From: Macrostomum lignano
Taxonomy: Eukaryota
Direction of reading: 5' to 3'
Length of the DNA stretch: 64,000 nt
Assembly: GCA_002269645.1 (NCBI GenBank)
Contig: NIVC01000835.1
Coordinates: forward strand, 310,001 to 374,000
The translations under genes and the position numbers were made by a program. Position 1 is the stretch's first letter. Each line of letters begins with the position of its first letter. Under the pieces are notes generated by a model, which was not told the DNA's origin, did no database searches, and saw only the letters and a list, made by a program, of their open reading frames with translations. Positions 44,801-63,634 of this stretch are shown here, piece by piece.

Positions 44801-46054
44801 TTTATGAGCTCACATCAGGTGACTCCGTGCATAGCTTGAACGCGAAGGCCTATTATAGGAGAATTGGGATTTGCAAAGGAACACAGGAGAAGCGTGGGAC
44901 TGCAGCCTTGTTGTGGCTGACAGAAATAGGGCCTTTAAAGCGTTCCCATGTCCGTCATTGGGTTCGGCAAGAAATCCTCACTATATAGCCCATGATTGCT
45001 ATTAAGAAGACGTTGGCGATGCCAAAACAGCAAGTATATGCAAGCAATTACAAAATAACAATAAGAAATAAAAGTTCTCCAACAGGTTGGGTGTAGTGTT
45101 TCACCTGTATTATTACTGACCCGTGAGAATCGCTGGGACTATGTGACCCCAGAACAAGTCCCAGGAGTTGCCCGCTGACCACACCAAATGGAAACCAAGG
45201 AGGTGCTCTGGTAAAAAAGCAAAACTGACAAAGGTCCCCTGACTTGGTACAGGGCCAGCCTAGCTGTTCTGAATTATTAACAGCTAGGATCAATCCCCCA
45301 GAAAGGCCCGTATCATTTTTCCTACTTCAAGATCGAGATACAGTTTGGGTCAACTTGAAGGAACCAAGACTGCATGAAAAAGATGCAAAGCTTTTTGGCG
45401 TGACAAAGACTTCCTCGATATTACCTATTAGCAAAAATCACATAAGTTAGGATTTGACAATAGCGCCGCTAGCGCAATATACGAGTTTTTGAGATTTGAG
45501 ACTCACTAGCTGGTACTGGGAGGGTCCAAAAAGAAGGCCTGAATTTCATTTTAGAGAAAATGAGCCTCTAACACAAGTATTGAGTGGGTCAGGAACACTG
45601 CGCAGGACATTTTTCACTGTCAAAAAATAAACTTTTCTAATGTTTCACTTTCAATTTTGTTTAGTTTTGATAAATTAAAATAGACCCCCCCATAACTAAT
45701 ATGCCGCAAATTTCAACCGTGTCTAACTAATATGAACAATAATTTAAGTAAGAAATGGCTATAAATTAAATAAAAATATAACTGCAACATGATACAGTGG
45801 CTGCACCGATCCAAACAGGTGGCGATAGTCAAAAAAGCTTTTGTTTTTTTTCACTATAACCTGCAGTCTATGAAATACAACTAGGGAGAGGGTTGGCTTC
45901 TTCGCCTAACAAACAATGAATAAGTAAAGCCTTTATTAGGAGAAGAAAACACAGGAAGCTCAATATTAATAGAAATATGATCAATTAATTTCTTACCAGA
46001 CGATTTTTGCGGTCGCTTCTGCTTCCGTCGATTCAGCGGTATGACGGCACTCAT
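30682..46054 (-). CDS. zfh1: Zfh1/ZEB (deltaEF1/SIP1 family) zinc-finger homeodomain transcription factor, about 793 aa
   Basis: Exons 45997-46054 ([19 protein letters not shown]), 35768-35909, 35601-35635, 34194-35437, 33589-34137, 31311-31479, 30682-30866; phases match if 34138-34193 is an intron (2382 nt). N-cluster [27 protein letters not shown]...[18 protein letters not shown]; central homeodomain ...[14 protein letters not shown]; CtBP motif PLDLR; C-cluster ...[20 protein letters not shown]. First exon is the least certain. Confidence 0.92.
30950..31281. repeat. C-rich degenerate minisatellite in the last zfh1 intron
   Basis: CTACCCCAAACCCTACCATCT-type units. Confidence 0.8.
33185..33490. 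repeat. Homopurine (GAGAG)n tract in a zfh1 intron
   Basis: About 300 bp of almost pure G/A on the plus strand. Confidence 0.9.
42087..42252 (+). mobile_element. tRNA-derived SINE, copy 3 (intact Pol III B box, internally deleted) in zfh1 intron 1
   Basis: A-box-like CAGCTCAGAGGTAAA, B box GGTTCGATTCC at 42133-42143, then the shared body GCCGCTGTACACCCCGTGTGAGCGTGTG. Confidence 0.7.
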
Positions 46055-47974
46055 GGTTTGAGATGGCCTTCGGCTTTTAGACACCAGCACCACCGCCTGT
46101 TGCGGATTGACAATAGGAAATTTTTGTCTCTAGCACAAGTTCGGAGAGCACAGACAACAGGATGGGGGAGGGAGGCTGAATGTTTGTATCTCTTATTTAT
46201 TGTATCAGCAAGGTGGCGGTCGAGTTTGGGGTTGGCCTGATGGAGGAAGAGTTGGAGCCAGCCGCGAGAGAACCAATCCAAGATCGGTTGGGTCTGGGAG
46301 GTCTGTCCAGCCTTGCAGTTACAGGAAGATTGGGTGGATGAGGATGGCTTAAAACTGCTACTAGCCAGACTTCCGAGTCTAGGAAATGAAGGGGGAAATG
46401 GGGAACTTCCTGCAGCAGCAACAAATCTGTCAGGGAGTTATCTGTGTGAATATTGTGTTCGAATAAAAATCATATCTGCACCTGTTGCATTCTTTCACTT
46501 ACTTTATAAACAGCGAGTTGATCTGGTCGATGGAGCCGATTACACTGTCGGATGCACACTGATCCTTTACTTTTGTTTAATCCAGGTATATTTACTATAG
46601 CAGCTAATCAGCAAGGGCCATAGACAAAACTAACTCACTGAGTTTAAAGTTAAGTCTTAAAAATAACAAAAGGAACCTTAACTACTTTATATCGCGACTT
46701 TAGGCGGGCAGGACCAGTCAGTCTGGGAATGGTTAATCAAATTGTTTTTTTTTTAATCAAGGTTGTTTTTTTTTCAGGAGAGGTTTTAAACGCAGACGCG
46801 GCGGTTGGGGGTTGGGGCAGCGGGGAGGGAGAGAAGGTTGAAGGCTTAACTTTGACTTCTTCTCAGGAGGAGAGGAGGAGCTGGCGTGGCGGCGGGGGGA
46901 GGGCGAACAACACGGTAAGGCAACAGCCGATTGAACCTTGGTTTGCTTTCGATTGATTATAATACGAGCGTATTATAATAAAAAACTCTTAAGTCTAGTC
47001 TGAAGCTTAAATAAACAAGATAGTCGGGTAAATGGACTTTTCAACTGTTTTTTGTCTCGGGATTTAATTAGACGGCTGGTTAGATGGCAAAACAGCTAAA
47101 AATAAGGCTGGATTAGTGTGACGGTTCAGGTTGCAAAGCGTGTCAAGTCTAAGGCTTGGCTAAATGAGGGAGCTGCCCCCTGTTTGCGAGTTTATAGTGG
47201 TGGAGAGGAGGCGCCCCGAAGAGTTATAGGATTCTTACTCCTAGAAGAAGACGCGGGCCAGGAAAAGACACCTGCTTGCTCCCTTCGGAGGCGGAGGGCG
47301 GCGGTTGGACAGCTCTGAGCGTGGAAGATCTGCAGCCAAAAAGCGTTTTTGCGCTCGGACAAATCAGCTTTTGAATAGCCTTCTGCCTATCTCAGGAGCC
47401 CACCTTACCTCCGCTAACTCCACTCACTTGTGCTTAAGGTAGAAATCATTGGGAGGGGGTTGGGCTGGCTATCAAACCATAGGGGAGGACCTGAGAAGGA
47501 AGGGTTTGGGTTGGTGGGGGGAGGGGAGTTTCAATTCACGGATCAGAAGCCTCTGCTCATATTCCAAATTCCCACAGACAGCAAGCAACACACGGCGGAT
47601 TCGCGAGGTAGCTTAAATAAAATAAAATAAATGTTGGAGCATAAATAGGGGCGGCGGCTGGTTGTGGTGGTAGTTTGGGGGGTGGGTGCAAAATTACACC
47701 TGCCTTGTTCTTCCACCCTCCGTCTGTTGTCCGCTTGCTGCAAGGGGTTCGATCAGAGCTCACGGATCTGATCGGATAGGAAGCCTCTGTGTGTGTGGAG
47801 TGAATCTACTCCAGATATCCTTCACTCTAGTGACTAGGTTTTTGTTTTAGCTTTCAGCTATCTGTGGTCACTGGTCACTCATTCATTTATTAACCCCTTG
47901 GCTGGCTTGGCTTTCCCTTCCGGCCAGCCAAAGCTTTTGCTTCATTTTGCATTCTGTCACAGTTAATAAGAGAC

Positions 47975-49567
47975 TAGGGATTGGGATCCCGTGAGCATGG
48001 GATTAGAAAATGCCGAGATTGATGTAGAATCCCGATTGGAAGTGTCCTGGGATCACAGAGTTCCAGAATTTATCAGGATTCAAAAAACCCGGGATCACAG
48101 AGTTGCAGGATGTATCGGGATTCAAATAGGGATGTGAATTCCGGATAACCGGTTAACCGAAAAACCGGTTTTGGCCCCGGTTTTTTTTGTCCTGTTTCGG
48201 TCCGGTTTTTTCACTTCTTTTTTATATTTTTTATATTTGAACTGATTGTGAACTATTAAGTCTGTGTTGTGTACACTACATATGTTATTGAAAACTTGAA
48301 AGTAAATTTTCTATTTTTTTCAGCAATTAAGAGGAGAGAGAAGAGAGAGGAGAGGGAAGAGACGAGAGAAGAGGGGAGAGAGGAGAGGAGAGGAGAGAGA
48401 AGAGTGAGGAAAGAAGAGAGAGGAAAGAACAGGGAAGAGATGTTATGGGAAAGATGAGAGAGGCGAGAAAAGAGAGAAATGTCAAGAGGTACATGTAAAA
48501 GCAGCTCGATAAAAGAAGAGAAAGGAGAGATGAGAGAGCAAAGACGAGAGAGAAGAGGGTGGGGAAAGAGACGAGAGAAGAGGGGAGAGAGGAGAGTGGA
48601 AAGAAGAGAAGAGATGACAGGAGAGACGAAAGACGAGAGAGAAGAGAGGAAACAGAAGCGAAGATAGAAGTTTCGAAGGATCCAAGTGACGTAGAGAGAG
48701 AGAGGCAGAGGTCAGAGTTTTTTCAATACATGTTTTAGACAGACATTGCCTGATATTCTGCGCAGCATCCCAGCCAACGAGATCAATGCTTGCCTTAAAT
48801 CTTAATTTTACACGAATTTACTCTGTTGTATGTTTACCTCTATTCATTGAAAAGTCCATTAACCTCTAACTATTAACAAGTTTTTGTTTGTGTAGGACTT
48901 TGGACTTTAGAACACAGGCAAAAATAGTTCCGGGGATTATAATTCCCAGGGTTCAAAATCCGCGGGTTTCAACAGCTTGTACATTATAATATTATTTATA
49001 TAGCTTTTAAACAGTTAGTTTCTATTGATAATGAGATAATGAGATCAGTCTAGAAAGCAAAGCAGGTGTATTAATGCACAGAGATTTACTTTTTCCAGTT
49101 ATTATTCCACTTTATCCATTTTGCACGGTAGAAAACTGCCAACCTTAACAAAATTTCCGATTGAAAGAATAATAAATTAAATGCAACCTTCATTTGGTAA
49201 TAGACGAGTACACTAGACTAGAGAAAGAAGATATGATACGAAATCAATTTCAAGCATATTTTTATGGTGCGAGCATGCTAAATGACTTTTTGAGTGGTCT
49301 GGCAGCAAAAATCGGTAAACCGGTTTTGAAACCGGTTTTGGCCAAAAACCGGGTTTTAAAACCCGGTTAACCGGGTAACCGGGTGGTTAACCGGTTCCAC
49401 AAAATTGACGGGTTTTTGGCATCCCTAGATTCAAAATCCCGGGATCACAGAGTTGCAGGATGTATCAGGATTCAAAATCCTGGGATTACAGAGTTCCAGA
49501 ATTTATCGGGATTCATGATCATAACGTTATTAAGATGGATTAAAGCGGATTCTACTTCAAAACATCC
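47975..49567. repeat. Host repeat split by the hAT insertion (GGATTCAAAATCCCGGGATCACAGAGTT units), possibly an older MITE
   Basis: Same roughly 40-bp units on both sides of the insertion; outer ends TAGGGATTG and CATCCTA, no TSD. Confidence 0.45.
48127..49427. mobile_element. Non-autonomous hAT (Ac/Ds-like) DNA transposon, 1301 bp
   Basis: Ends TAGGGATG...CATCCCTA; perfect 8-bp TSD GATTCAAA (48119-48126 and 49428-49435); dense subterminal AACCGG/CCGGTT motifs at both ends; no transposase ORF. Confidence 0.9.
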
Positions 49568-50399
49568 TATAATTTAGGCATATTCGATAAATTTAAAGTA
49601 ATGAAGAATAACAAAAATAACATAGGACACCTATTCCACGTGTTTCTTGTTTTCCTGAACTACGTAAAATTGAGACACAAAGAAGACGGGCCCCCACCCC
49701 AATTCACTCAACCCCAGGTGCAAATATTGGCCATCTGCTTTGGGAGTTGCAAAACAGCTTTTTTATTACCCTTATCCCCCCCCACTGGAAAGCCTCAGTG
49801 ATATTGTATTGATATGAAGGGGCGGCTCATGCCATTACGAGAGAGTTGGTGGAACAGAAGGAGCCCATAGCATACAATAACTACTACACAGACAGTCAAC
49901 AAAAGTTCGCTGCACCCGTGTTCAATATTGAGTCGATTTTCGAGGCGGAGGGGGGCTCTGGCAGCTCAAAATTGCAGTAAACTCTAGTAAGGGAAGTCGA
50001 AAAGATAAGAAATTATTATTTTCGCAGGTGAGCGGCTCTACTTGTGCCGTTATCTATACGACATAAGTGAGGCTATTTCTAAGACGTAAGAACCACCCAC
50101 AGAGTTCTATGACTCCGGCCGTCCAGTGCCACTGCCAGTCAGACAGATTGGCCGGTTATAATTCACTATTATAGATGCCCATTATAGATGCAATGCGCTG
50201 AATTTACAACATTATTACTTACCTATGAGTTCGGTGTTTGACTGTAAATAAATCACCAGTTCAAGCCTTCACTTCTCTGATTCTTATCTCTGTCTACTTT
50301 GGATTCCTCTCTTTCTGTGTCTCCCTCTCACTCCTTTCCACAGTTCTTCTCCCCTGCTTCTCCTACCTCTGTCCTCGTCTCTCATCTCCTCTCTATCGG

Positions 50400-50750
50400 T
50401 TTCTCCATCTCCTCTCTGGGTCTCTCCATCTACTCTCTGGGTCTCTCCATCTCCTCTCTGGGTCTCTCCATCTACTCTCTGGGTCTCTCCATCTCCTCTC
50501 TGGGTCTCTCCATCTACTCTCTGGGTCTCTCCATCTCCTCTCTGGGTCTCTCCATCTCCTCTCTATCGGTTTCTCCACCTCCTCTCTCAGTCTCTCCCTC
50601 TCCTCTCTCGGGTCCCTCCATCTCCTCTCTCGGTCGCTTCATCTCTTCTCTCGGTCTCTCCATCTACTCTCTGCGTCTCTCCATCTCCTCGCTCGGTCTC
50701 TCCATCTCCTCGCTCGGTCTCTCCATCTCCTCTCTCGGTCTCTTTATCTC
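50400..50750. repeat. 21-bp pyrimidine-rich tandem repeat
   Basis: Unit CTCCATCTCCTCTCTGGGTCT. Confidence 0.88.
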
Positions 50751-50772
50751 GATCTCTCCTGTAGGTGTCGCC

Positions 50773-51095
50773 CTTGATGACAGCACCCTTCGATGACAGC
50801 ACCCCTCGATGACAGCACCCCTCGATGACATTACCCCCTCGATGACAGCACCCCCTCGATGACAGCACCCCTCGATGACAGCACCCCTCAATGACAGCAC
50901 CCCCTCGATGACAGCACCCCCTCGGTGACAGCACCCCCTCGGTGACAGCACCCCCTCGATGACAGCACCCCTCGATGACAGCACCCCTCGATGACAGCAC
51001 CCCTCGATGACAGCACCCCTCAATGACAGCACCCCCTCGATGACAGCACCCCCTCGGTGACAGCACCCCCTCGGTGACAGCACCCCCTCGATGCC
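50773..51095. repeat. 16/17-bp tandem repeat
   Basis: Unit GATGACAGCACCCC(C)TC. Confidence 0.92.
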
Positions 51096-51559
51096 TTCGA
51101 AGCGGGTCTGTCACCTGACCTTAAGAACAGTGTCCACCTGAGAATATGATCATCTTTCTCACCCATTGATTAATATTTACCTAAACACTTGGCAATAGCC
51201 ATGGCAATAGCCCTAAGGCTAAATCTAAGCACTCTGTTCTCTACACTATTGACTAGCCATCTATACGGAAGACATCCGTATAGATTGGCTTGTAGGCTTG
51301 CAGCCGTGCTGCATAAATAAACAGGAATTGGATATCGGCCTAATCCCAGCAATTTCTGCTAAAGGATGCTCTGCGGTGTAATGCTATTAGCGCGAACGTG
51401 GTAATCCTATATCAGTGCTCAAATAGATTATCTTACCTTATTCGGATTCGGGCATTTAATCCTCTATATAGGGGACTACAGCTGATTTAGGAATTCCATA
51501 GGAATGCCAGCGCATAAGGACTGATTGGCTTTGTGACCCTATGTGATCTTCATTTGTCT

Positions 51560-52795
51560 TATGATCCCCCTGAATCCCCATTGAGTCATGATCCCAATGA
51601 ATTCCCATTGAGTCATGATCCCAATGAATCCCCATTGAGTCATGATCCCCCTGAATCCCCATTGAGTCATGATCCCAATGAATCCCCATTGAGTCATGAT
51701 CCCAATGAATCCCCATTGAGTCATGATCCCAATGAATCCCTATTGAGTCATGATCCCAATGAATCCCCATTGAGTCATGATCCCAATGCATCCCTATTGA
51801 GTCATGATCCCAATGAATCCCCATTGAGTCATGAACCCAATGAATCCCCATTGAGTCATGATCCCAATGAATCCCTAATTGAGTCATGATCCCCATGAAT
51901 CCCCATTGAGTCATGATCCCTCTGAATCCACACTGAGTCATGATCCCAATGAATCCCTAATTGAATCATGATCCCCATGAATCCCCATTGAGTCATGATC
52001 CCTCTGAATCCACACTGAGTCATGATCCCAATGAATCCCTAATTGAGTCATGATCCCCCTGAATCCCCATTGAGTCATGATCCCAATGAATCCCTAATTG
52101 AGTCATGATCCCAATGAATCCCTATTGAGTCATGATCCCTCTGAATCCACACTGAGTCATGATCGCAATGAATCCCTAATTGAGTCATGATCCCCCTGAA
52201 TCCACACTGAGTCATGATCCCAATGAATCCCTAATTGAGTCATGATCCCCATGAATCCCCATTGAGTCATGATCCCTCTGAATCCACACTGAGTCATGAT
52301 CCCAATGAATCCCTAATTGAGTCATGATCCCCCTGAATCCACATTGAGTCATGATCCCAATGAATCCCTATTGAGTCATGATCCCTCTGAATCCCCACTG
52401 AGTCATGATCCCCCTGAATCCCTATTAAGTCATGATCCCAATAAATCCTAATTGAGTCATGATCCCAATAAATCCTAATTGAGTCATGATCCCAATAAAT
52501 CCTAATTGAGTCATGATCCCAATAAATCCTAATTGAGTCATGATCCCAATAAATCCTAATTGAGTCATGATCCCAATAAATCCTAATTGAGTCATGATCC
52601 CAATAAATCCTAATTGAGTCATGATCCCAATAAATCCTAATTGAGTCATGATCCCAATAAATCCTAATTGAGTCATGATCCCAATAAATCCTAATTGAGT
52701 CATGATCCCAATAAATCCTAATTGAGTCATGATCCCAATAAATCCTAATTGAGTCATGATCCCAATAAATCCTAATTGAGTCATTGACTCAGATA
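51560..52795. repeat. 27-bp satellite carrying TGAGTCA in each unit
   Basis: Unit GAGTCATGATCCCAATGAATCCCCATT; homogeneous GAGTCATGATCCCAATAAATCCTAATT block at about 52430-52785; about 45 copies. Confidence 0.95.
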
Positions 52796-53789
52796 CACAT
52801 GTAGCGTCAGTGTGAGAGTAAGGAGCAACCCATCGAAATAATAAATTTCAACAGAGATAGCGAACTGAAAGGACGGCAAACTCTCAAGGGAGAGAGCGGT
52901 TTGGACTCGGCCTTCAAACCGTTGGTAAGCCGCAATTTATTGGAGTGCATTGGTTCCGACAATTCCAGATGGCGCCCCTCTGAGCACTACAGTCACTGTT
53001 TAGGGAGGCGGTGTGAGTGTGTATAGGAATATTTGGGGAGAAATTTATTCCAGATGTATCAGATTAAGCGCACCAGTCAACAGGTATATGCGAGGCAGAC
53101 TGGGGTATTCCTGTCGGGCCTGGAGGCTCAGGCAGGCAGTCATCGAACTGGGGTAAGGGGGGTGTTTGAGTAGCCTGAATAGCTCCACGAGCCACAGGGG
53201 AGGGCACTATTCGGTCGTGCCAGAGCTTTCGGTTTGAATGAAATGAGCAGACGTCCCGGGCCATGGGAGGGGGGATGAGGAGGAGAGGTTGGAAGCGGCA
53301 ATGTATTTTCCCTGTCAGCGGCATTTAAGGATTGGCGTCGGAGCGCTAAGGTATCAAAATGCTCCTCTTATTTCCCTTCCTGTTTCGGGGGAGCTGGCTC
53401 TGTGTCCGGTATGTCGAACCAGCAGCAGCAGCAGCAGCAACAGGAGCTCTCCCGGCAGCTCCGCCCATCCCCCCATTCCACCGATGGGGATCCCATCCGC
53501 CGGCCGTGTTCTCCTTGAATAAAAAAATATTAGCAACTCCCGGGCCAAGCTCACGTCTCAGACAATACTCCAATTGAGTTTCATTCCTTCGCTATATCAC
53601 TACTGTACAAACCGGGGAGGGGGGGACCTACACTGCTAGATGGATTGGTTCGTGCCTCCGCACCTCATCAGACACATTTCTGGTAGCAAAGGATTGCCTG
53701 CGATTCTGCATTTTTTATGCAAACAGAATGCGCGGTAGAAAACTGGTGTCTCTTCGGAGCGGGGCTTCAGTGGACTGATGTTGCGGAAT

Positions 53790-54450
53790 CTAGAAGGGGT
53801 CAGGGAACCCAGGACGCTAGAAGGGGTCAGGGGACCCAGGACGCTAGAAGGGGTCAGGGGACCCAGGACGCTAGAAGGGGTTAGGGGACCCAGGACGCTA
53901 GAAGGGGTCAGAGGAGGACCCAGGACGCTAGAAGGGGTCAGGGGAGTCAGGGGTCAGGGGAGTCAGGGGTCAGGGGAGTCAGGGGTCAGGGGAGTCAGGG
54001 GTCAGGGGAGTCAGGGGTCAGGGGAGTCAGGGGTCAGGGGAGTCAGGGGTCAGGGGAGTCAGGGGTCAGGGGAGTCAGGGGTCAGGGGAGTCAGGGGTCA
54101 GGGGAGTCAGGGGTCAGGGGAGTCAGGGGTCAGGGGAGTCAGGGGTCAGGGGAGTCAGGGGTCAGGGGAGTCAGGGGTCAGGGGAGTCAGGGGTCAGGGG
54201 AGTCAGGGGTCAGGGGAGTCAGGGGTCAGGGGAGTCAGGGGTCAGGGGAGTCAGGGGTCAGGGGAGTCAGGGGTCAGGGGAGTCAGGGGTGAGGGGAGTC
54301 AGGGGTCAGGGGAGTCAGGGGTCAGGGGAGTCAGGGGTCAGGGGAGTCAGGGGTCAGGGGAGTCAGCTAGGGTCAGGGGAGTCAGGGGTCAGGGGAGTCA
54401 GGGGTCAGGGGAGTCAGGGGTCAGGGGAGTCAGGGGTCAGGGGAGTCAGG
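53790..54450. repeat. 27-bp repeat grading into a 16-bp G-rich repeat (GGGGAGTCAGGGGTCA)n
   Basis: About 5 copies of GGGACCCAGGACGCTAGAAGGGGTCAG, then about 32 copies of the 16-mer; source of the 340-aa ORF. Confidence 0.95.
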
Positions 54451-56940
54451 AGGGGGGCTACAAGGGGTCAGCCTATGCAGTGTTGAAAGCAGCCGAAATG
54501 AAAAAGTTGAAAATTCGAACCGATTTGGTTTCTTCCTGGCCGCCGCCTCCCCCTGAGGCAAGTTCGAAAGTTGAATGGGATGAGAACAGACAGTCAGACA
54601 GACCGAAGAAGGTCAGCAAGGGGAAAATGGGGGCGCAAAGGGGGGCTCAATTGGGGGGTTTGAGGATAAGCAAGGAAGCGCCACACGGTATGATCGATAT
54701 TTCTTCCAGCAGCAGCCTGATCGATTCGTCACGCTCTCTCTCTCTCTCCCGCCGCCAAAGCGTCAGTCTGCTGCTGTTGGCCATTTTAACGGCGCTTTGA
54801 ACACGGCGAAATAACCTGAACAGACAGACGTGCTGTGCTGGAAGTGGGCGGCGGTGGCGGGGGTCGGAGAGGGGGGAGCGAGTCTGGGAAAGCAAAAGTG
54901 ACTGCCAATGCAGCAGAAGGCTTAGCCCTGTCACCCCCCCCCCCCCCCACGGGCACATGAGGAGGGTCAGGCAGGCAAAGATTTTCCTGTGTATATATGT
55001 TCGAAGGCCTCAGACCAATTTTCAGATGATGCCAAATTAATAGAGCGACAAAACGATAGCCCTGCCGGACTCAGGGAAAGTGGACAGACGTCCAACCTTT
55101 GGGAGGAGGCTGGCGCTTCAAAAGAAGCGAGTGAGCTAATCAGCTGCACGTCTGTCAGATTCAGGCCTGGGACTCAAACGCCTGATTGGGCGTCTGGCAG
55201 CTTCATCAAGAGCTTTCGGGTAATAAAGGAAAGGAAGGTGCGATAAGCTAGCTCTTTGCTTGGCGGGGGGGGGTCGGTGGTCCAGCAAATCCCGCCCTGA
55301 CTTCGGCTGAGGCGATGGAGCGAAATGGAGGCGGAGCGGCTCCTGATCCAGGGAGGCTTTCGCCCCGCGGCGCCGCTCGAGCATAAAAAGATTTTGGTTC
55401 ACCATCGGTGTTGGCTCGAGCCCCGGACTACCAAAGTATGGTCCGAGTTCTATGTAACCACATAATCCCCATTTTCCCCAACAGAATATTCCTCCATCCT
55501 GAAACAAGCGGCCAATTCTCCAGACAGGATCTGTGTGAAGCTGGGAAGTCTCCGGCAGCTGCTCAGTTCCTTTGCCTCATCAATTCTCTCTTCTGTGGAT
55601 TGCCCCCCCCCCCCAGTCACCCACGCCAGGGACTCAAGCTTCGCTAATTCCCCGAGTCAACAGATAACAGACGGGAGTAAAATATGGCTGGGCGCAGGTA
55701 ATCTATGCTATAGGATGGGTCTGAGCCAATCGGCAAATTGGCTCGGCCGGGGAGATGTTAATCCTCCGGGTGAAAATATGGAAATAGTGGCAGATTGGCA
55801 GTTAATTCCTTACGCTTAATATCAGGGAATGGGTGTTGCGGAAGAGGCCACTTAGCTATCAGGAGCCCTCCCCAATGCGGTCTATTTTTCTCAATAGTGT
55901 CCTAACTAGCCAAGCCACCTACCCTCAGCGCCCTTGCCCTCCGGCCGCCCGCTAAATTGGCGCTTCATCAACCACTCGGACCGCCGTGGCTTCACCGAAG
56001 TTCGAAAGAGAAGTTTGCAGAGAAATGGGGAGAGAGAGTGAGAGAGTGTCTGAGAGACGGAAGGCGGAGAATGACAAATCGCTGGAAAAAACCCGGGAAG
56101 CTGATGGAAGGGGATTATCTGGTGTGCGATTTTCTCCATGGGCCCGGCCAAACTGTTTCGAAATGCCCTGGCCTTCGCACCCCAGCCATTCACCTCCTCC
56201 GTTAAGCCCCCGCAGACTGGCTGAGGCGCCCGCAGGGCTCTGAAGTGTCGCTGCCGGCCCGCCCACCTTAAGCGATCGGCTGTACATGCCAAGCCTAGCA
56301 GCTCTGGTAGGATTTTTTCGGTAGGGACTTTCGGTATAGGGCTTAGAGTCAGGAGAGACCCCCGAGAGGAATTAAGGGGAGGCTTTATATAGCGCAATCT
56401 TCTCAATCACCTTAGGGTTAGATTTGAGCAGGGTGGGAGGCAGGACAGGGTGGGAGGCGCACCTCTTCTTCTCATCTCTCTCTCCCTCTCTCCCTTTCTC
56501 TCACTCAACCTTTCGCTTCTCGCCTCGATATTTTGGAGGGATTTCTCCGAAACGAAAGCTGACGGGGGTGGTGGTGGTGGTGGCGGGGCGGACCAACCTT
56601 AATTTCCCAGGCTGGGTCACCAGAAATTGATCAGCAGCTCCTTCTGCAGTGCAGCCTGCTGCTGTTTCATATCGCCGTTTATAAGTAAGGATAGGCCCAA
56701 TCTATATATCTTTATAAGAGGAGAATTGAAAAGCGAAATCTCTGAGAAGGTTGAGAACCGATCAACTGATTAGAGGTAAAAAGCAATGAAGTCAATATAA
56801 AAAAGTAAAATTTACTTTAAGGAAATAATAACTTTATTAAGGACTGAGTCAGACAGATTGTTTTGATGCAACTGACTGACTCACACAGTCACACACTCGT
56901 AAATAATAGAATTACGAATTCACAGAAAAAATAAGTTCGG

Positions 56941-63619
<6,679 letters not shown>

Positions 63620-63634
63620 CTTAAGAAGGGATAT

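Noticed and set aside
36100-45450. Many 60-140-aa ORFs in zfh1 intron 1 (also at 24140-25000 and 54900-56600)
   Set aside because: No motifs, no phase-consistent exon chain, and overlapping on both strands as expected by chance in GC-balanced DNA.
32700-51200. Autoregulatory CACCTG/CAGGTG cluster at zfh1
   Set aside because: About 16 hits counted by eye in about 19 kb is not clearly above chance expectation.
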